From assembly GCA_964016885.1 (NCBI GenBank), contig OZ024759.1, forward strand, positions 22,506,001 through 22,570,000: a DNA stretch of 64,000 nt, in the 5' to 3' direction. Shown piece after piece: positions 14,841 to 28,602 of the stretch; position 1 is the first letter of the stretch, and every line of letters starts with the position of its first letter. The DNA is from Eledone cirrhosa (lineage: Eukaryota). Under the pieces are notes generated by a model, which did no database searches, was not told the DNA's origin, and was given only the letters and a program-made list of their open reading frames with translations. The position numbers were made by a program, and so were the translations under genes.

Positions 14841-15450
14841 TATGTCAGGTCACCAGTTGGTGCTACTGGTAACATGTATCCCAGTACAACCTGTCTCATG
14901 GTCAGGTCGTTGGCGACTAAACTGGCAACCCCACCAAGGTTTCTTGGTGAGGAGGGTGACTTTGGACATCCTGCAGGACTAAAAACAAAACCTGTCAAAG
15001 GGCAAAGGAGCTCTTAAGAGTCAATGGCCATCAAAAATCACCGGGAGAGATGACCCGTTAGCCTTTGTCTAGGCAGAATTCTAGGATAAGGAAAATTCTG
15101 ATATAACACCTGCAACCCTGATGGTATCCAATGATGTTGACTTGTTCTTCCTTTTGGTAAATATCATCTTGGGTTAAGAGAGTGGGACTGGCTTTGTGCA
15201 GTGCCTTTGCTCACTATAAAAGCTTCACGGCACAGGCATTGCTTTATATCTGGAGATCTCTCTGCACTTGTCACATGGTACCATGGGCCCAGCACTATGT
15301 GTCAATAATTGTCACAAGTGTAGTGTTTGTACCAGAGTTTTCAAGTCACTGACTGAACTAAAAAGTCACACTAGTTCAGCGCATTAGTAGGGGTTCTCCT
15401 ACATGGATATAAAGTAGTGGTCGTACTCGAAAACGAGTTGGCAGCCACCA
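14841..15450 (+). mobile_element. Dispersed ~610-bp non-coding element E1 (longest copy)
   Basis: High-identity copies at 37448-37730(-), 48953-49517 and 54302-54896. All end GCAGCCACCA followed by (TA)n. Confidence 0.9.
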
Positions 15451-15521
15451 TATATACCTATATGTGTGTGTGTATATATATATATATATTTGTGTATATA
15501 CGTGTGTGTGTATATATGTAC

Positions 15522-15552
<31 letters not shown>

Positions 15553-15954
15553 AATTTGAATATATACCTGTATATGCGTATTACACCGATGGAGACATTA
15601 TTGGCGCTTGTCTGCAAAAAGAAAATAAAAAAAATTAAGGAATTAAGTAATGAAATAAAACAATTTTGACGAATATTTTCATACAATTGTATTCTGTAAG
15701 GGATACTGTATTTGCTGGTCCTTCGTATACGGCGCATCCTGCTTTTACAAGTACATTTCTTCATAAATTAATTAACAAATATTTCATTGTTTTTTCGACA
15801 TCATTTTGCTTATATAAATTGTATTGTATTAGAAATACTACTAGTAATACAAACGAAAACCTCGAGGAAACTCCATTAAAATAGATTTTATGAACTCAAA
15901 ATTTTCGGTCACGATGAATGTTTCAGTTGTTTGATTAACACGAGATTAACTTCA

Positions 15955-16282
15955 TAAGTGGGTGAGCATTCTACAGACACGTATTAAGTGGGTGAGCATT
16001 CCACAGACACGTATTAAGTGGGTGAGCATTTTACAGACACGCATTAAGTGGGTGAGCATTCTACAGACACGCATTAAGTGGGTGAGCATTCTACAGACAC
16101 GCATTAAGTGGGTGAGCATTCTACAGACACGTATTAAGTGGGTGAGCATTCTACAGACACGTATTAAGTGGGTGAGCATTCCACAGACACGTATTAAGTG
16201 GGTGAGCATTCTACAGACACGTATTAAATGGGTGAGCATTCTACAGACACGTATTAAGTGGGTGAGCATTCTACAGACACGA
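15955..16282. repeat. 30-bp minisatellite, ~11 copies
   Basis: Unit TAAGTGGGTGAGCATTCTACAGACACGTAT. Confidence 0.97.
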
Positions 16283-16821
16283 ATCTTTACGTAGTTGTTA
16301 GGGAGACCCAACATGACAGTGTGTATATACACCATTGTCAACAACGTAAAAGCTCAGACTACACCGAAACGACGTTCTGTAATTTAAGTTGCTCGGTTAA
16401 ACCTTCTGCTGGATGATTTCAGTTTACTGCCGACACCATCTAAAGATGAACAGCTTTTAAAATCAAACAAATCTAATTGACGATCTACTTATCAAGATCA
16501 AACAAAAACTTATAAAATCAGTGAGTTGCTGTATCGAGATATATTAATTGATGTCATTTGTATAAATATTACCGAATCGTAACGCCCCCACCCGATCCTA
16601 CACACACACGCCAAAAGAGTATTGATCTCTGTACAGTTAAATTTAAGAACAGGATAGAAAAAAATATACATTCCGTGAATATAAAACTTTGTGGTGTGAG
16701 CTGTAACGGTTAGAAGCATAGATCAATAAATAAAATATAAACTGGTTTTCTAGTCATAATTTTATTTTTCTATGATTTATCTACATTTCATGGTTTTCAA
16801 TCATACTAAAGTGAAATGAAT

Positions 16822-17075
16822 GCGGCGAATTGGCAGAGTGGTTAGAACGCTGGATACAAGGCTTTGTGGTGTTCGTTTCGGCTTTCCATATACAAAAAGT
16901 ACCAGTCTAGTACTGAGGTCGATTCTTCCTCTGTATCTTTTTCTCACTTCCATTCCCCTACTCTTTATCTGCTGTATTTAGACCAGGAATGGAGATAGGA
17001 TCCGCCAGGTTTCAAAATACCCTATAAACGCCATATATCAAAACGGCGCCCCTATGACTCCCTCGGGAATTACGA
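16822..17075 (+). mobile_element. SINE family A, degenerate, with extended tail
   Basis: GCGGCGAATTGGCAGAGTGGTTAGA head. AAGTACCAG core remnant. Tail shared with 20630-20811. Confidence 0.65.
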
Positions 17076-17355
17076 GTAAAGAAGAAGAGAAAGTCAAACG
17101 ATGGTGGCGAAGTAATAAAATCGTTAGAATGTCATACAAAATGATTTGTAGTGTTTATTGCGGTGCTTTGCACTCGGAGTTCCTTAAGACATCGATAAAT
17201 AAAGTACAAGTTCAGAACCCGGGAATGGCATGGATAGAAAATAAGTTGAAATAAATACTACTTTATTTTACCCACAGATGAAAACAGTCATATAGTACTG
17301 TACAATGTCTTTCGATCGATTTGGAGGTACATTACTATTATTATACACGTCTCCA

Positions 17356-17533
17356 GGGTGGTGAATAGGCAGAATCGATAAAAGGTCGGCTAAATACTTT
17401 GCAGCACCTTGAGACGTTACTTTACGTTCTGCGTTCAAATACCGTCGAGGTCAATTTTGCCTTTCCTCGTTCGGAGGTCGATAAAATAAAATACCACCGA
17501 AGTTACTAGCTTTGTGCCTACGTTAGAAACAAT
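17356..17533 (+). mobile_element. SINE family A
   Basis: GTTCAAATACCGTCGAGGTCAATTTTGCCTTT...GGTCGATAAAATAAAATACC. Confidence 0.7.
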
Positions 17534-18090
17534 ACCCATGCGTAATTATATTTGCTAATAATTTTCTCCACGAATGAAAAAATATATAGGTACATTCCAC
17601 AGGAGGACTCGGATGAGGGAACAGGTCGCATTCATTCAAAACACACAAACCATAAGAAAAAAAGTTTACCCCGAAAGGAAGATGGATGTAATCACAGACA
17701 AAAAAAGTCGTTTCTTTTCGCTCATAATATAGCTCCTTTCGATGGGATTTGAACTCAAATATAACAACATTTCAATATTACTTTCTTCCCTCTCCAATCA
17801 CAACTAACTGCTACAGTCAATACACACACACCACTTTATTTACTAAAGATTGACGGGTATGGCAATACTCATCATTTTCCATTTCTTAAAGGGTTCTAAA
17901 CCAAACTATCAGGCTAAAATTTCCATAGTAAAAAAAAAAAAAAAAACGGCGAAAGCTATTTTCTATTTGAAACTCGCTCGTAAAACAAACTTAAATCATT
18001 TAATATTTAGTCAAATATAAAGAAAAAGAAAGTAGCATTGCTCTCCCTGCTAATACACATGAGTTTATTTTGTTAGATGGAAGAAACAAG

Positions 18091-18840
18091 TTACCTGGGT
18101 ATTATATCTTCATAAGTAGCGTGAAGAAGCCGGATTGAGTCTAAGGTCCACTTTTCCGGATTACATTCTAAAAGCTCGATTATATTTTGAGGAAGCATAT
18201 GGCGAATATGCCAAAGAAAGTTTATGCAAATCTGTAATCTAGAGAATATATCGTAGATATCTTTGTGGGTTTTCCAGAGCGTCATTTTACTTAAGGCTAC
18301 AACGACACTATTAGATTGCGACTGTGAGCAATAATCTAGTTCTTCAAGATGAGTACGTTGAACATTGTGAAATCTTTGACAGGATCGAGTGTGAATTTGA
18401 TCGAGTATATCTAACTTCAAGTAGATCACCGTGACAATGTATGCGACGCGATACTTCGGATGCAAAATGCGATGTGAATCAACTCGGTGGTTAGAATCAA
18501 AAGAATTCTCCACTACATGTTCGACGACGTTTAAAACATCTGGAACACAGTTACGCACTGAAGGAGAAAGATACTGAAAGATATCTGCCAACAAAGGCCT
18601 TTCTAATGTACAATATTCGGGCGTATTTAATAAAAAATGCATAATAGAAAATTGTATGGATTGAGTTATTGGAAGGTCACTTTTGTATTTCACTTGATTT
18701 AATGTATTTCTTAGTTCAGTACAACCTATCTTAAAACTGATAGACATTGCCGAGAGAACGTGTTCAAAGAAACCGTCTGGGATTGGCACAAATGGACCGA
18801 GTCGTCCTGTTTCGCCACTGTCATGCAAAGTCAGTGCCAT
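18091..18840 (-). CDS. Putative coding exon, 249 codons, unknown protein (copy A)
   Basis: Long complex-sequence ORF in AT-rich DNA. It ends in AG|GTAACT, a splice-donor consensus, at 18095/18094. A possible acceptor TTTTAG at 18869-18868 is in frame. No family recognised. Confidence 0.6.
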   Translation of the reverse strand: MALTLHDSGETGRLGPFVPIPDGFFEHVLSAMSISFKIGCTELRNTLNQVKYKSDLPITQSIQFSIMHFLLNTPEYCTLERPLLADIFQYLSPSVRNCVPDVLNVVEHVVENSFDSNHRVDSHRILHPKYRVAYIVTVIYLKLDILDQIHTRSCQRFHNVQRTHLEELDYCSQSQSNSVVVALSKMTLWKTHKDIYDIFSRLQICINFLWHIRHMLPQNIIELLECNPEKWTLDSIRLLHATYEDIIPR

Positions 18841-19604
18841 TATATGTTTACAATAACTTCGTAAAAACTAAAATTACTCTCCTATTTATATATTTTATGT
18901 TCGTATGCGGGCCAACACATTTGACTTTGATATGGACTAGTCCACACAACTGTAATAACGTACAGCCTGGTAGTACTAGGATTGACGTTAAAAAGGCAGA
19001 TAGAATGCTTCGCGGTATGTGTTCCTGCTCTCTCTGTTCAAATGACACTGAGGTCAACTTTGTCTTTCATCCTTTTCTCCATGAATGAAAAAAAAAAAAA
19101 ATATAGGTACATTCCACTTTTATTCAAAACATACAAACCATAATAAAAAAAAAAGTTTACCCCGAAAGGAAGATGGATGTCATCACAGAAAAACACACAC
19201 ACACACACAAAAAGAAACGTTTGTTTCGTTTCCCTCATAATATAGCACCTTTCAATGGGATTTGAACTCAAATATAACATTTCAATATTACTTTCTTCCC
19301 TCTCCAATCACAACTAACTGCTACAGTCAATACACACACACCACTTTATTTACTAAAGATTGACGGGCACGGCAATACTCATCATTTTCCATTTCTTAAA
19401 GGGTTCTAAACCAAACTATCAGGCTAAAATTTCCATAGTAAAAAAAAACAAAAAAAACGGCGAAAGCTATTTTCTATTTGAAACTCGCTCGTAAAACAAA
19501 CTTAAATCATTTAATATTTAGTCAAATATAAAGAAAAAGAAAGTAGCATTGCTCTCTCCCTGCTAATACACATGAGTTTATTTTGTTAGAGTGGAAGAAA
19601 CAAG

Positions 19605-20354
19605 TTACCTGGAGTTTATGTCTTCATAAGTAGCGTGAAGAAGCCGGATTGAGTCTAAGGTCCACTTTTCCGGATTACATTCTAAAAGCTCGATTATATT
19701 TTGAGGAAGCATATGGCGAATATACCAAAGAAAGTTTATTAAAGTCTGTAATCTAGAGAATATATCGTAGATATCTTTGTGGGTTTTCCAGAGCGTCATT
19801 TTACTCAAGGTTACAACGACACTATTAGATTGCGACTGTGAGCAATAATCTAGTTTTTCAAGATGAGTACGTTGAAAATTGTGAAATCTTTGACGGGATC
19901 GAGTGTGAATTTGATCGAGTATATCTAACTTCAAGTAGATCACCGTGACAATGTATGCGACGCGATACTTCGGATGCAAAATGCGACGTGAATCAACTCG
20001 GTGGATAGAATCAAAAGAATTCTCCACTACATGTTCGACAACGTTTAAAATATCTGGAACACAGTTACGCACTGAAGGAGAAAGATACTGAAAGATATCT
20101 GCCAATAAAGGCCTTTCTAATGTACAATATTCGGGCGTATTTAATAAAAAATGCATAATAGAAAATTGTATGGATTGAGTTATTGGAAGGTCACTTTTGT
20201 ATTTCACTTGATTTAATGTATTTCTTAGTTCAGTACAACCTATCTTAAAACTGATAGACATTGCCGAGAGAACGTGTTCAAAGAAACCGTCTGGGATTGG
20301 CACAAATGGATCGAGTCGTCCTGTTTCGCCACTGTCATGCAAAGTCAGTGCCAT
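19605..20354 (-). CDS. Putative coding exon, 249 codons, unknown protein (copy B)
   Basis: Paralog of copy A with 13 aa differences. Frame is intact and the AG|GTAACT end is the same. Confidence 0.6.
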   Translation of the reverse strand: MALTLHDSGETGRLDPFVPIPDGFFEHVLSAMSISFKIGCTELRNTLNQVKYKSDLPITQSIQFSIMHFLLNTPEYCTLERPLLADIFQYLSPSVRNCVPDILNVVEHVVENSFDSIHRVDSRRILHPKYRVAYIVTVIYLKLDILDQIHTRSRQRFHNFQRTHLEKLDYCSQSQSNSVVVTLSKMTLWKTHKDIYDIFSRLQTLINFLWYIRHMLPQNIIELLECNPEKWTLDSIRLLHATYEDINSR

Positions 20355-20505
20355 TATATGTTTACAATAACTTCGTAAAAACTAAAATTACTCTCCTATT
20401 TATATATTTTATGTTCGTATGCGGGCCAACACATTTGACTTTGATATGGACTAGTCCACACAACTGTAATAACGTACAGCCTGGTAGTACTAGGATTGAC
20501 GTTAA

Positions 20506-20811
20506 AAAGGCAGATAGAATGCTTCGCGGTATGTGTTCCTGCTCTCTCTGTTCAAATGACACTGAGGTCAACTTTGTCTTTCATCCTTTCCAGATCAATA
20601 AAAAAAGTACCAATCTACTACCGGAATCGATTCTTACTCTGTATCTATTTTTCACTTTCGTTCTCTCACTATATCAATCCTTTTCTAGAAGAAATCTGTT
20701 GTATTCAGACCTGGACGGGAAATAGCGCCACCAGGTTCAAAAATACCCCAGAAACGCCGTATGTCAATGCAGCGACTATACGACTACCCCAGGAGTTATG
20801 GGACCATACAT
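20506..20811 (+). mobile_element. SINE family A with extended tail
   Basis: GTTCAAAT...GAGGTCAACTTTGTCTTTCATCCTTTCCAGATCAATAAAAAAAGTACC plus tail. A truncated duplicate lies at 18992-19074. Confidence 0.7.
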
Positions 20812-20939
20812 AATTGATATTTGAAGATATGCTTTGCGAATTCAGTTCAAATCGCTCCCAGGTCAATTTTGCTTTTTAGCCTTATCCTTTCCAGCTCGCA
20901 AAATAAAATACCAGTTGAGTACTGAGGTCGATTCCCTCC

Positions 20940-20977
<38 letters not shown>

Positions 20978-21280
20978 CTATATATACGTATATATATATA
21001 TGTATAGAGATACAAAGCTCGAACCGAGGATCGAATTCACAACCTCGTCAATATAAGCCCGACGCTCTTCTTCTGCTGGTTTTCCACAAACAACCTTGCC
21101 CGGATATGTGCCTCAGAGGGTAAATTTCTAGGTACAAAACCCATGGTCATTCGCGACCGAAGGGGGTCTTTACCCTATATATACATATATATATATATAT
21201 ATCCGGGAGCTTCTAACAGAAATGGTCGCATTCTTTAAGGGTATGTCAATATTTATTTATAAAACTGCTTTATATTATAT

Positions 21281-21339
21281 TTTATCTGATGAAAGCACAC
21301 CATAATTTAAGTTGGTGTCCTTGAAATATGTATAATGAA
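21281..21339 (+). ncRNA. Minimal type I hammerhead ribozyme
   Basis: TTTAT-CTGATGA-(AAGCACACC/GGTGTCCTT)-GAAA-TATGTA-TA^ATGAA. Confidence 0.7.
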
Positions 21340-21383
21340 ATAAATATGGTTTTATAAATATAGTTTCCATTTGTTAATATATC

Positions 21384-21435
<52 letters not shown>

Positions 21436-21738
21436 CTGTGTATGTGTGTGTGTATGTATATATATGTATATGTGTATGTATGTATTTATATATATATAAA
21501 TAAAGATTCAGCGAGAATCGCATTTTCGGCGGGCAGGAAAAACGAAGCGAAACGCAAAAATCAGAAATGAAACTGGCAAAGTGCTCAATACTTAAAAACC
21601 AGAGCTAAACAATGTGTTAAGAAGCCATACAAAACTGAAAAAGTGGTCAAGAAAGCATTAACCACCCAACCCCAAAACCAAATCAAGCTAAACAGGTCAA
21701 AACAAAATAAATGATAAAATATAAGTGATAACCAATAA

Positions 21739-21801
<63 letters not shown>

Positions 21802-21847
21802 GAAATGACAGGAGGCTGGATTTGTGTAAATCCTTGAAAGGTTTATT

Positions 21848-21905
21848 ATACTATGATCATTTCAATGACCGGGTTCCGTATGAATCCGGTGATATCATCA
21901 GGTAT
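21848..21905 (-). ncRNA. Minimal type I hammerhead ribozyme
   Basis: ATAC-CTGATGA-(ACCGG/CCGGT stem)-GAAA-TGATCA-TA^GTAT. Stem III is the palindrome ATGATCAT. Confidence 0.75.
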
Positions 21906-21990
21906 TCAAAATATAATACGTGAATGTAATAGATAAAATCCATGGGGCTGAAAATCGAGGACCCGATATAATATATATATATATATATAT

Positions 21991-22225
21991 AAGATCAAAA
22001 GATGGTTAAAAGAGTTCCATGTATTTTATCATGCGCAAATATCATCATGCGATGACATCGCATGATGATATTTATTTTTGAAATACGCATAATAAAATAC
22101 ATGGAACTCTTTTAACCATCTTTTGTTCTTATATATTATTTATACTCCAGTCCTACAAACTGTAGAGTGCTACTTATCCGATATCTGCATTGCTTTATTG
22201 TACTACAATAAAACTCACCTCCTAC

Positions 22226-22226
<1 letters not shown>
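21991..22226 (+). mobile_element. Hairpin+tail element (Penelope-like terminus), family of 51424-51825
   Basis: ~60-70 bp inverted arms, then a tail nearly identical to 51743-51825. Flanked by (TA)n. Confidence 0.8.
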
Positions 22227-22266
<40 letters not shown>

Positions 22267-22323
22267 AATGGTAGCTAAGATGCTTCCATAGGAGTTATGT
22301 CGGTTGAGCACTCTATGTTCCAT

Positions 22324-22362
<39 letters not shown>

Positions 22363-22372
22363 TTGTGTGTGT

Positions 22373-22414
<42 letters not shown>

Positions 22415-22471
22415 GAGCATAGAGTGCTCAACCGTGTATGTGTCTGTGTATATGTATATATATCTATCTAT

Positions 22472-22815
<344 letters not shown>

Positions 22816-23261
22816 CATATATATTTATATTTATATACATATATACACTCACAATATTTAATGGATGAATTTTATTGGAAACCTCATTCATCAATATTTT
22901 GCATTGTGGAAAATTCTCATTAAAAAAATTTCAATATCTAGAAAAATCCTATAAATTCAGAAATTATTGCTACATGCAAATTCAACCGTATTTTCTATAT
23001 TTGATCACGTTTCTAATTATATTTTAATTAAGTAAGATTTAAGCTTGGATAGCTTTACAATTCATAGGATTTTAAATAAGGAAGCCATGTGGAATAATTT
23101 GTAAAGTAGGTACCAAATGTAAATTCGTTGATGGAAACATCAAATGCCATCTTATTTTGTAATGATAGATCTGAACCATGTTGTAGTACATATACTCACA
23201 TATTACTTCTATAGTACATGTATTGCCTGTACACAAGGTGGGGTGAAGCCATCTCCAACCA

Positions 23262-23310
<49 letters not shown>

Positions 23311-24588
23311 ATATACACACACAATAATATATTATACATAGGCACGTATATACGTATATACGTATATATCTATACATACACATATATATATATACATACA
23401 TATGTATATATACATATCTATACATACACATATATATACATATGTATATATATTTATCTATACATACATACATATATATATACATACATATGTATATATA
23501 CATATCTATACATACACATATATATACATATGTATATATATATATCTATACATACATACATATATACATATGTATATATATCTATCTATACATACATACA
23601 TACATACATATATATATATGTATATATCTATACATACACATATATATTTACATACATATGTATATATCTATACATGCACATATATATATACATATGTATA
23701 TATATATATATCTATACATTCACATATATATACATTACCTATGTATATATATATACATATATATGTATATATATATTATACATATATATGTATATATATA
23801 TTATACATATATATATATATAAATAAATAAATATACACGGGTGTGTATGATTGTGAAGAGAAGATTAAAATTGCAAACTTGACTGTCACCACAGAATATG
23901 AACCTGAAGATTGCGAAAGCATGAAAGTAATTGTTCAATTAACACTTAACATTTCATATTCTACCATATTATTTCATATTCTACCATATTATTTCATTCT
24001 AATACCATTATAATTTTAAAGGATTGTAAATAAAACGAGTAAATCAAAGTTGGAATATATACACATACACATATTTATACATATATATATATATATACAC
24101 ACACACATATTTATATATATATACACACATACACATATTTATATATATATATATACACACATACACATATTTATACATATATACACATACACACACACAT
24201 ATATATACACACATACACATATTTATATATATATATATATATACACATACACGTATTAATATACATATATACACATACACGTATTTATACACACACACAT
24301 ATATATATATACACACACACAGATATATACATATATTGTACAGAAATTTATATATAAATACATAAATATATATGTACACATATAAATATATATATATACA
24401 CATATATACACATACACATATTCATACATCTACATATATATATATATATATGTATAAATATGTGTATGTAGATGTATGAATATGTGTATGTGTATATATG
24501 TGTATATATATATATTTATATTTATATATATAGTAATAATAACAATAATAAATGTGAAGACTAAAATCCAATGAGGGCTCGATAAAAA

Positions 24589-24624
<36 letters not shown>

Positions 24625-25124
24625 TAACAGATTAAAGTTTAAGCAAAGAATCGCAGTTTTCACCCTTAACGGGCTCTTCTTATATATAGTTATTTTTAAC
24701 GAGCCCTCTTTATAGTGATATAAATGGTAACTTAGTGCAATTCGCAGATTACTACTATGAACCCAAAGTTCACTCACCACATAGACTTCGTCTGTCCCCT
24801 CTCTACCTCTCTCTCTACATCCATTACACTCTCTCTCTCGCATTTGGCCTACCTCCCTCTCCACATCTATGAACCTGCCCTCTGGGGCAATAAATAATTT
24901 CGACCTTAACTATCAACGCATCTCTCCAAAAGTAACCAGTATAATAAAACCCCTACCATAACATTTTGATTAAGATATCTACAAACCACTCTCTCCTATT
25001 TCTCCAACCCCTGCATATCTTTCTCTCTCTCTCTCCCTCTCCCCTACTTTTCTCTCTTCCTTTTCTACTCTATCTTCTCCAACAACCCCACTTAAGGGTA
25101 TTTACATTGTACATTTTACCATTC

Positions 25125-25236
25125 TGCTCTGAGGAAACAGTGGTCACAGCATTGGATATTTGAGTTCTGCAAGTACTTGTAAATTTGCACGTAGCATAAC
25201 TAGGCTGGAGTACCACCGTGGAAACATTTGTAAGCA
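25125..25236 (+). ncRNA. Type I hammerhead ribozyme with long stem II
   Basis: TGCT-CTGAGGA-(ACAGTGGT...ACCACCGT)-GAAA-CATTTG-TA^AGCA, about 50 nt before (TA)n. Confidence 0.65.
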
Positions 25237-25283
25237 CACGGAATAAATTACCTTTTTATGATGTCTACCTGTTATTATTCATT

Positions 25284-25363
<80 letters not shown>

Positions 25364-25420
25364 TTGTATATATATATGTATATGTATGTATATATGTATA
25401 TATATATACGTATATGTATG

Positions 25421-25452
<32 letters not shown>

Positions 25453-25638
25453 CGTATATGTATGTATATATATTTATACATATATGTATGTATATATGTA
25501 TATGTAGATATGTATATGTATATGTGTATATATTTATATATGTATATATATATGTATATATATATGTATATATATATACATACACATATTTATACACACA
25601 CATATACATATATATTATACATATGTATTTGTATGTAC

Positions 25639-25673
<35 letters not shown>

Positions 25674-25746
25674 CACATATTTATACATACACACATATAT
25701 ATATATACATAAATATATACACAAACATATATTTACACACACACAC

Positions 25747-25780
<34 letters not shown>

Positions 25781-26531
25781 TTATATATATATATATATAT
25801 ATACATATATATACACATATTTACACACGTACGCATACATAATTTTGTCAAACGTTCGACATCTACGCCACCCAGTAGGAAACCTATTTGGGCTTCAACA
25901 TTGTTCAAATAGCAGCCATGATATTTTTGATATATATTTCTTTGTGGATAAGTGGAAACTTATCTTTGCTTTCATCTCAAAAGAATAATAGGATAGTCCT
26001 GTCTCAACCCCAGACTTCCCACGCTCCCCAAGAAATATCCTCGATAGAAACAAATACTGTTCAAAGTACCGTCTGCTGAAATGATGAAACGATTGAAAGC
26101 TTTTCATCAGAAATATCTTCAATTAGGGATGCCACGAGTTATTTAATCAATGGAACAGCCTGGTTAATTAAATTAGAGTGCAAGGGGCTGCGCATTTCAC
26201 AGACACGTACACCATTACATTAATACGTGGCATCTCGGCTAAGCGTAGCCTCTCGGGAAGGGGGTGACCCCGGAAAATATTTGTCACACAAGGTGTCAAA
26301 AGAGTTACGTTATGAGTCGATGTGCCTATCGGTGGAATGTTAAAGCACTTGCACGCTATTTTTCTGACGAGTCAGCTGTTCCGTTGATCGAACAAGTGGA
26401 ACACTCGACGTCGAATACGACGGAGACTCATATAGTAAAGGCTCTCTTTAAATATGCATTCGTCTAAGTGTAAATCTGATAACAGAAGAAAAGGAAAAAA
26501 AAAATACTAACATAAAGAAAACACCAAGATT

Positions 26532-26577
<46 letters not shown>

Positions 26578-26626
26578 TCTTGGTGTTTTCTTTACGTTAG
26601 TATTTTTTTTTTCCTTTTCTTCTGTT

Positions 26627-26699
<73 letters not shown>

Positions 26700-26726
26700 A
26701 TCTATCTACCTATCAATCTATCTATC

Positions 26727-26868
26727 GTCCAGAAATAGCCGTCGAAACGGTTTGAGCTCTGCCGTCCGTCGGGGTTAAACATTTTACTATTACCCACTCT
26801 ACTACCCCAAGTATTGAGTACTCTGGTGCGTTATGGTCCATCTGGTTCCTTACCACACCTCCTTCGTT
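26727..26868 (+). mobile_element. Truncated tail element, family of 56676-56845
   Basis: Near-identical to 56730-56845. Confidence 0.8.
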
Positions 26869-26920
26869 ATATATATATATATATATATATATGCATATAT
26901 TTATATATAATTTTAATGAG

Positions 26921-26951
<31 letters not shown>

Positions 26952-27349
26952 TGTGTATCTGTACGTATATATATATGTATGTATGAATGAATGTGTGTGT
27001 ATAAAGGATAAATATTGCGGATTTGGCACCGGATTAATCAGACTGTGTGTGTTTCGTGTTTTAATTACTTTTAGAGAAATCAATAAGCTCTTTTACTATT
27101 CCTATTACAAAACATTTGATTTGCTGAGAACTGTCGAGCTTATTCCGTCTCATATTCTTTCTTGATATCACATTTTCATAATCCTTTTACTCTTTTACTG
27201 GTTACTGTCATTAGACAGCGGCCATGTTGGGTCATCGTCCTGATGAAGTCTATCATATCTTCGCCAGTATAGGCGGCGAATCGGCAAGAGTCGTTAGAAC
27301 GTCGGATAATGGTATTCGAATATATATGAATGTGTATGTATTTACACAT

Positions 27350-27408
<59 letters not shown>

Positions 27409-27463
27409 TGCGTGCGTGCGTGCGTGCGTTTGTGCGTGCGTGCGTTTGTGCGTGCGTGCGTGC

Positions 27464-27503
<40 letters not shown>

Positions 27504-27507
27504 GTCT

Positions 27508-28120
27508 AAGGCGGCGAATTGGCGTTAGAACGTCAGATAGAATGCTTTGTAGTATTCATTATGGCGTTCTGCTCTCTGAGTTCAAATTCCGCCGAGGTCA
27601 ACTTTGCCTTTCATCCTTTCGAGATCGATAAAAAAAAATTACCAGTATCTCTCACTTTCTATTTTTCTCAGGAAGAGATCTGCTGTAGTCTGGCCTGGAG
27701 AGGGATAATTTCATTATATCTTTTTTCAAGCCTGGCATATATTCCATCGTTCTCTTTTGGTCGTTAGAATGTTGGATAGAATGCTTTGTAGCATTTGTTT
27801 CGGCCCTTTGTCCTCTGAGTTCAAATCCTGCCAAGGTCAACTTTGCCTTTTATCCATTCGAGGTCGATAAAACATTTATCAGTCAAATACTTGTTTCTAC
27901 TTTTTGGCACAAGGCCAGCAATTATCCAGTGCATTACTGGTACTTTATACTGTTGTCAACTATTCCTCAATATCTCTTTCTTACTCCATTCTCTCACACT
28001 CACTATCCTTCTCTCTGGAAGAAATCTGCTGTACTCAGGCCTGGCATGTTTTAAAGATACCCTAGAAACGCCGTCGGTCAATATGGCGTCTTTACAACTC
28101 CCTCGGGTGTTACGGATCCA
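27508..28120 (+). mobile_element. Nested/tandem SINE family A pieces
   Basis: Two GAGTTCAAAT..GAGG/AAGGTCAACTTTGCCTTT cores plus tail fragments. An antisense SINE end lies at ~27890-27950. Confidence 0.75.
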
Positions 28121-28602
28121 TACAAAATGTCTATGTCCTGTGTGTGTGTCTATGACTGTGCACGTGTGTGTCTGTGTATGTATGTGTGTAAACATACACA
28201 TGTACGTGTATATGTGAATATTTGAGTCTCTATGCATATGTATGTGTGTCTGTACCCGTACGTGTGTGTCTGTGTACTTATATGCGTGTGTGTACGTCTA
28301 TGTACGTACATGTATGTGTGCGTGTGTGTGTCTGTACATTGTGTACGTGAGTGTGTACATCAGTGTGTGTATGTACGTCTGTAGTCACGTACGTCTGTGC
28401 ACCTGAGTATGTGTGTGTGTACGAATATGTGTGTATTACGCACATGTATGTGCGTCTGTCTGTGTATGTGGTGTCTGTACGTGTGTGTATGTATATGTAC
28501 ATATATGCTTGTGCATGTGTGCGCGCATGTGTATGCCTGTACGCGTGTGTGTGTATGCATCTGTAGTCGCGTGTTTACGTCTGTGTACCTGAGTGTGTAT
28601 GT

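Larger units (their letters stand above)
17561..20589. repeat. Tandem segmental duplication, unit ~1514 bp
   Basis: 17561-19074 is near-identical to ~19075-20589. The junction lies inside a SINE core at TTCATCCTT|TTCTCC. Confidence 0.95.
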
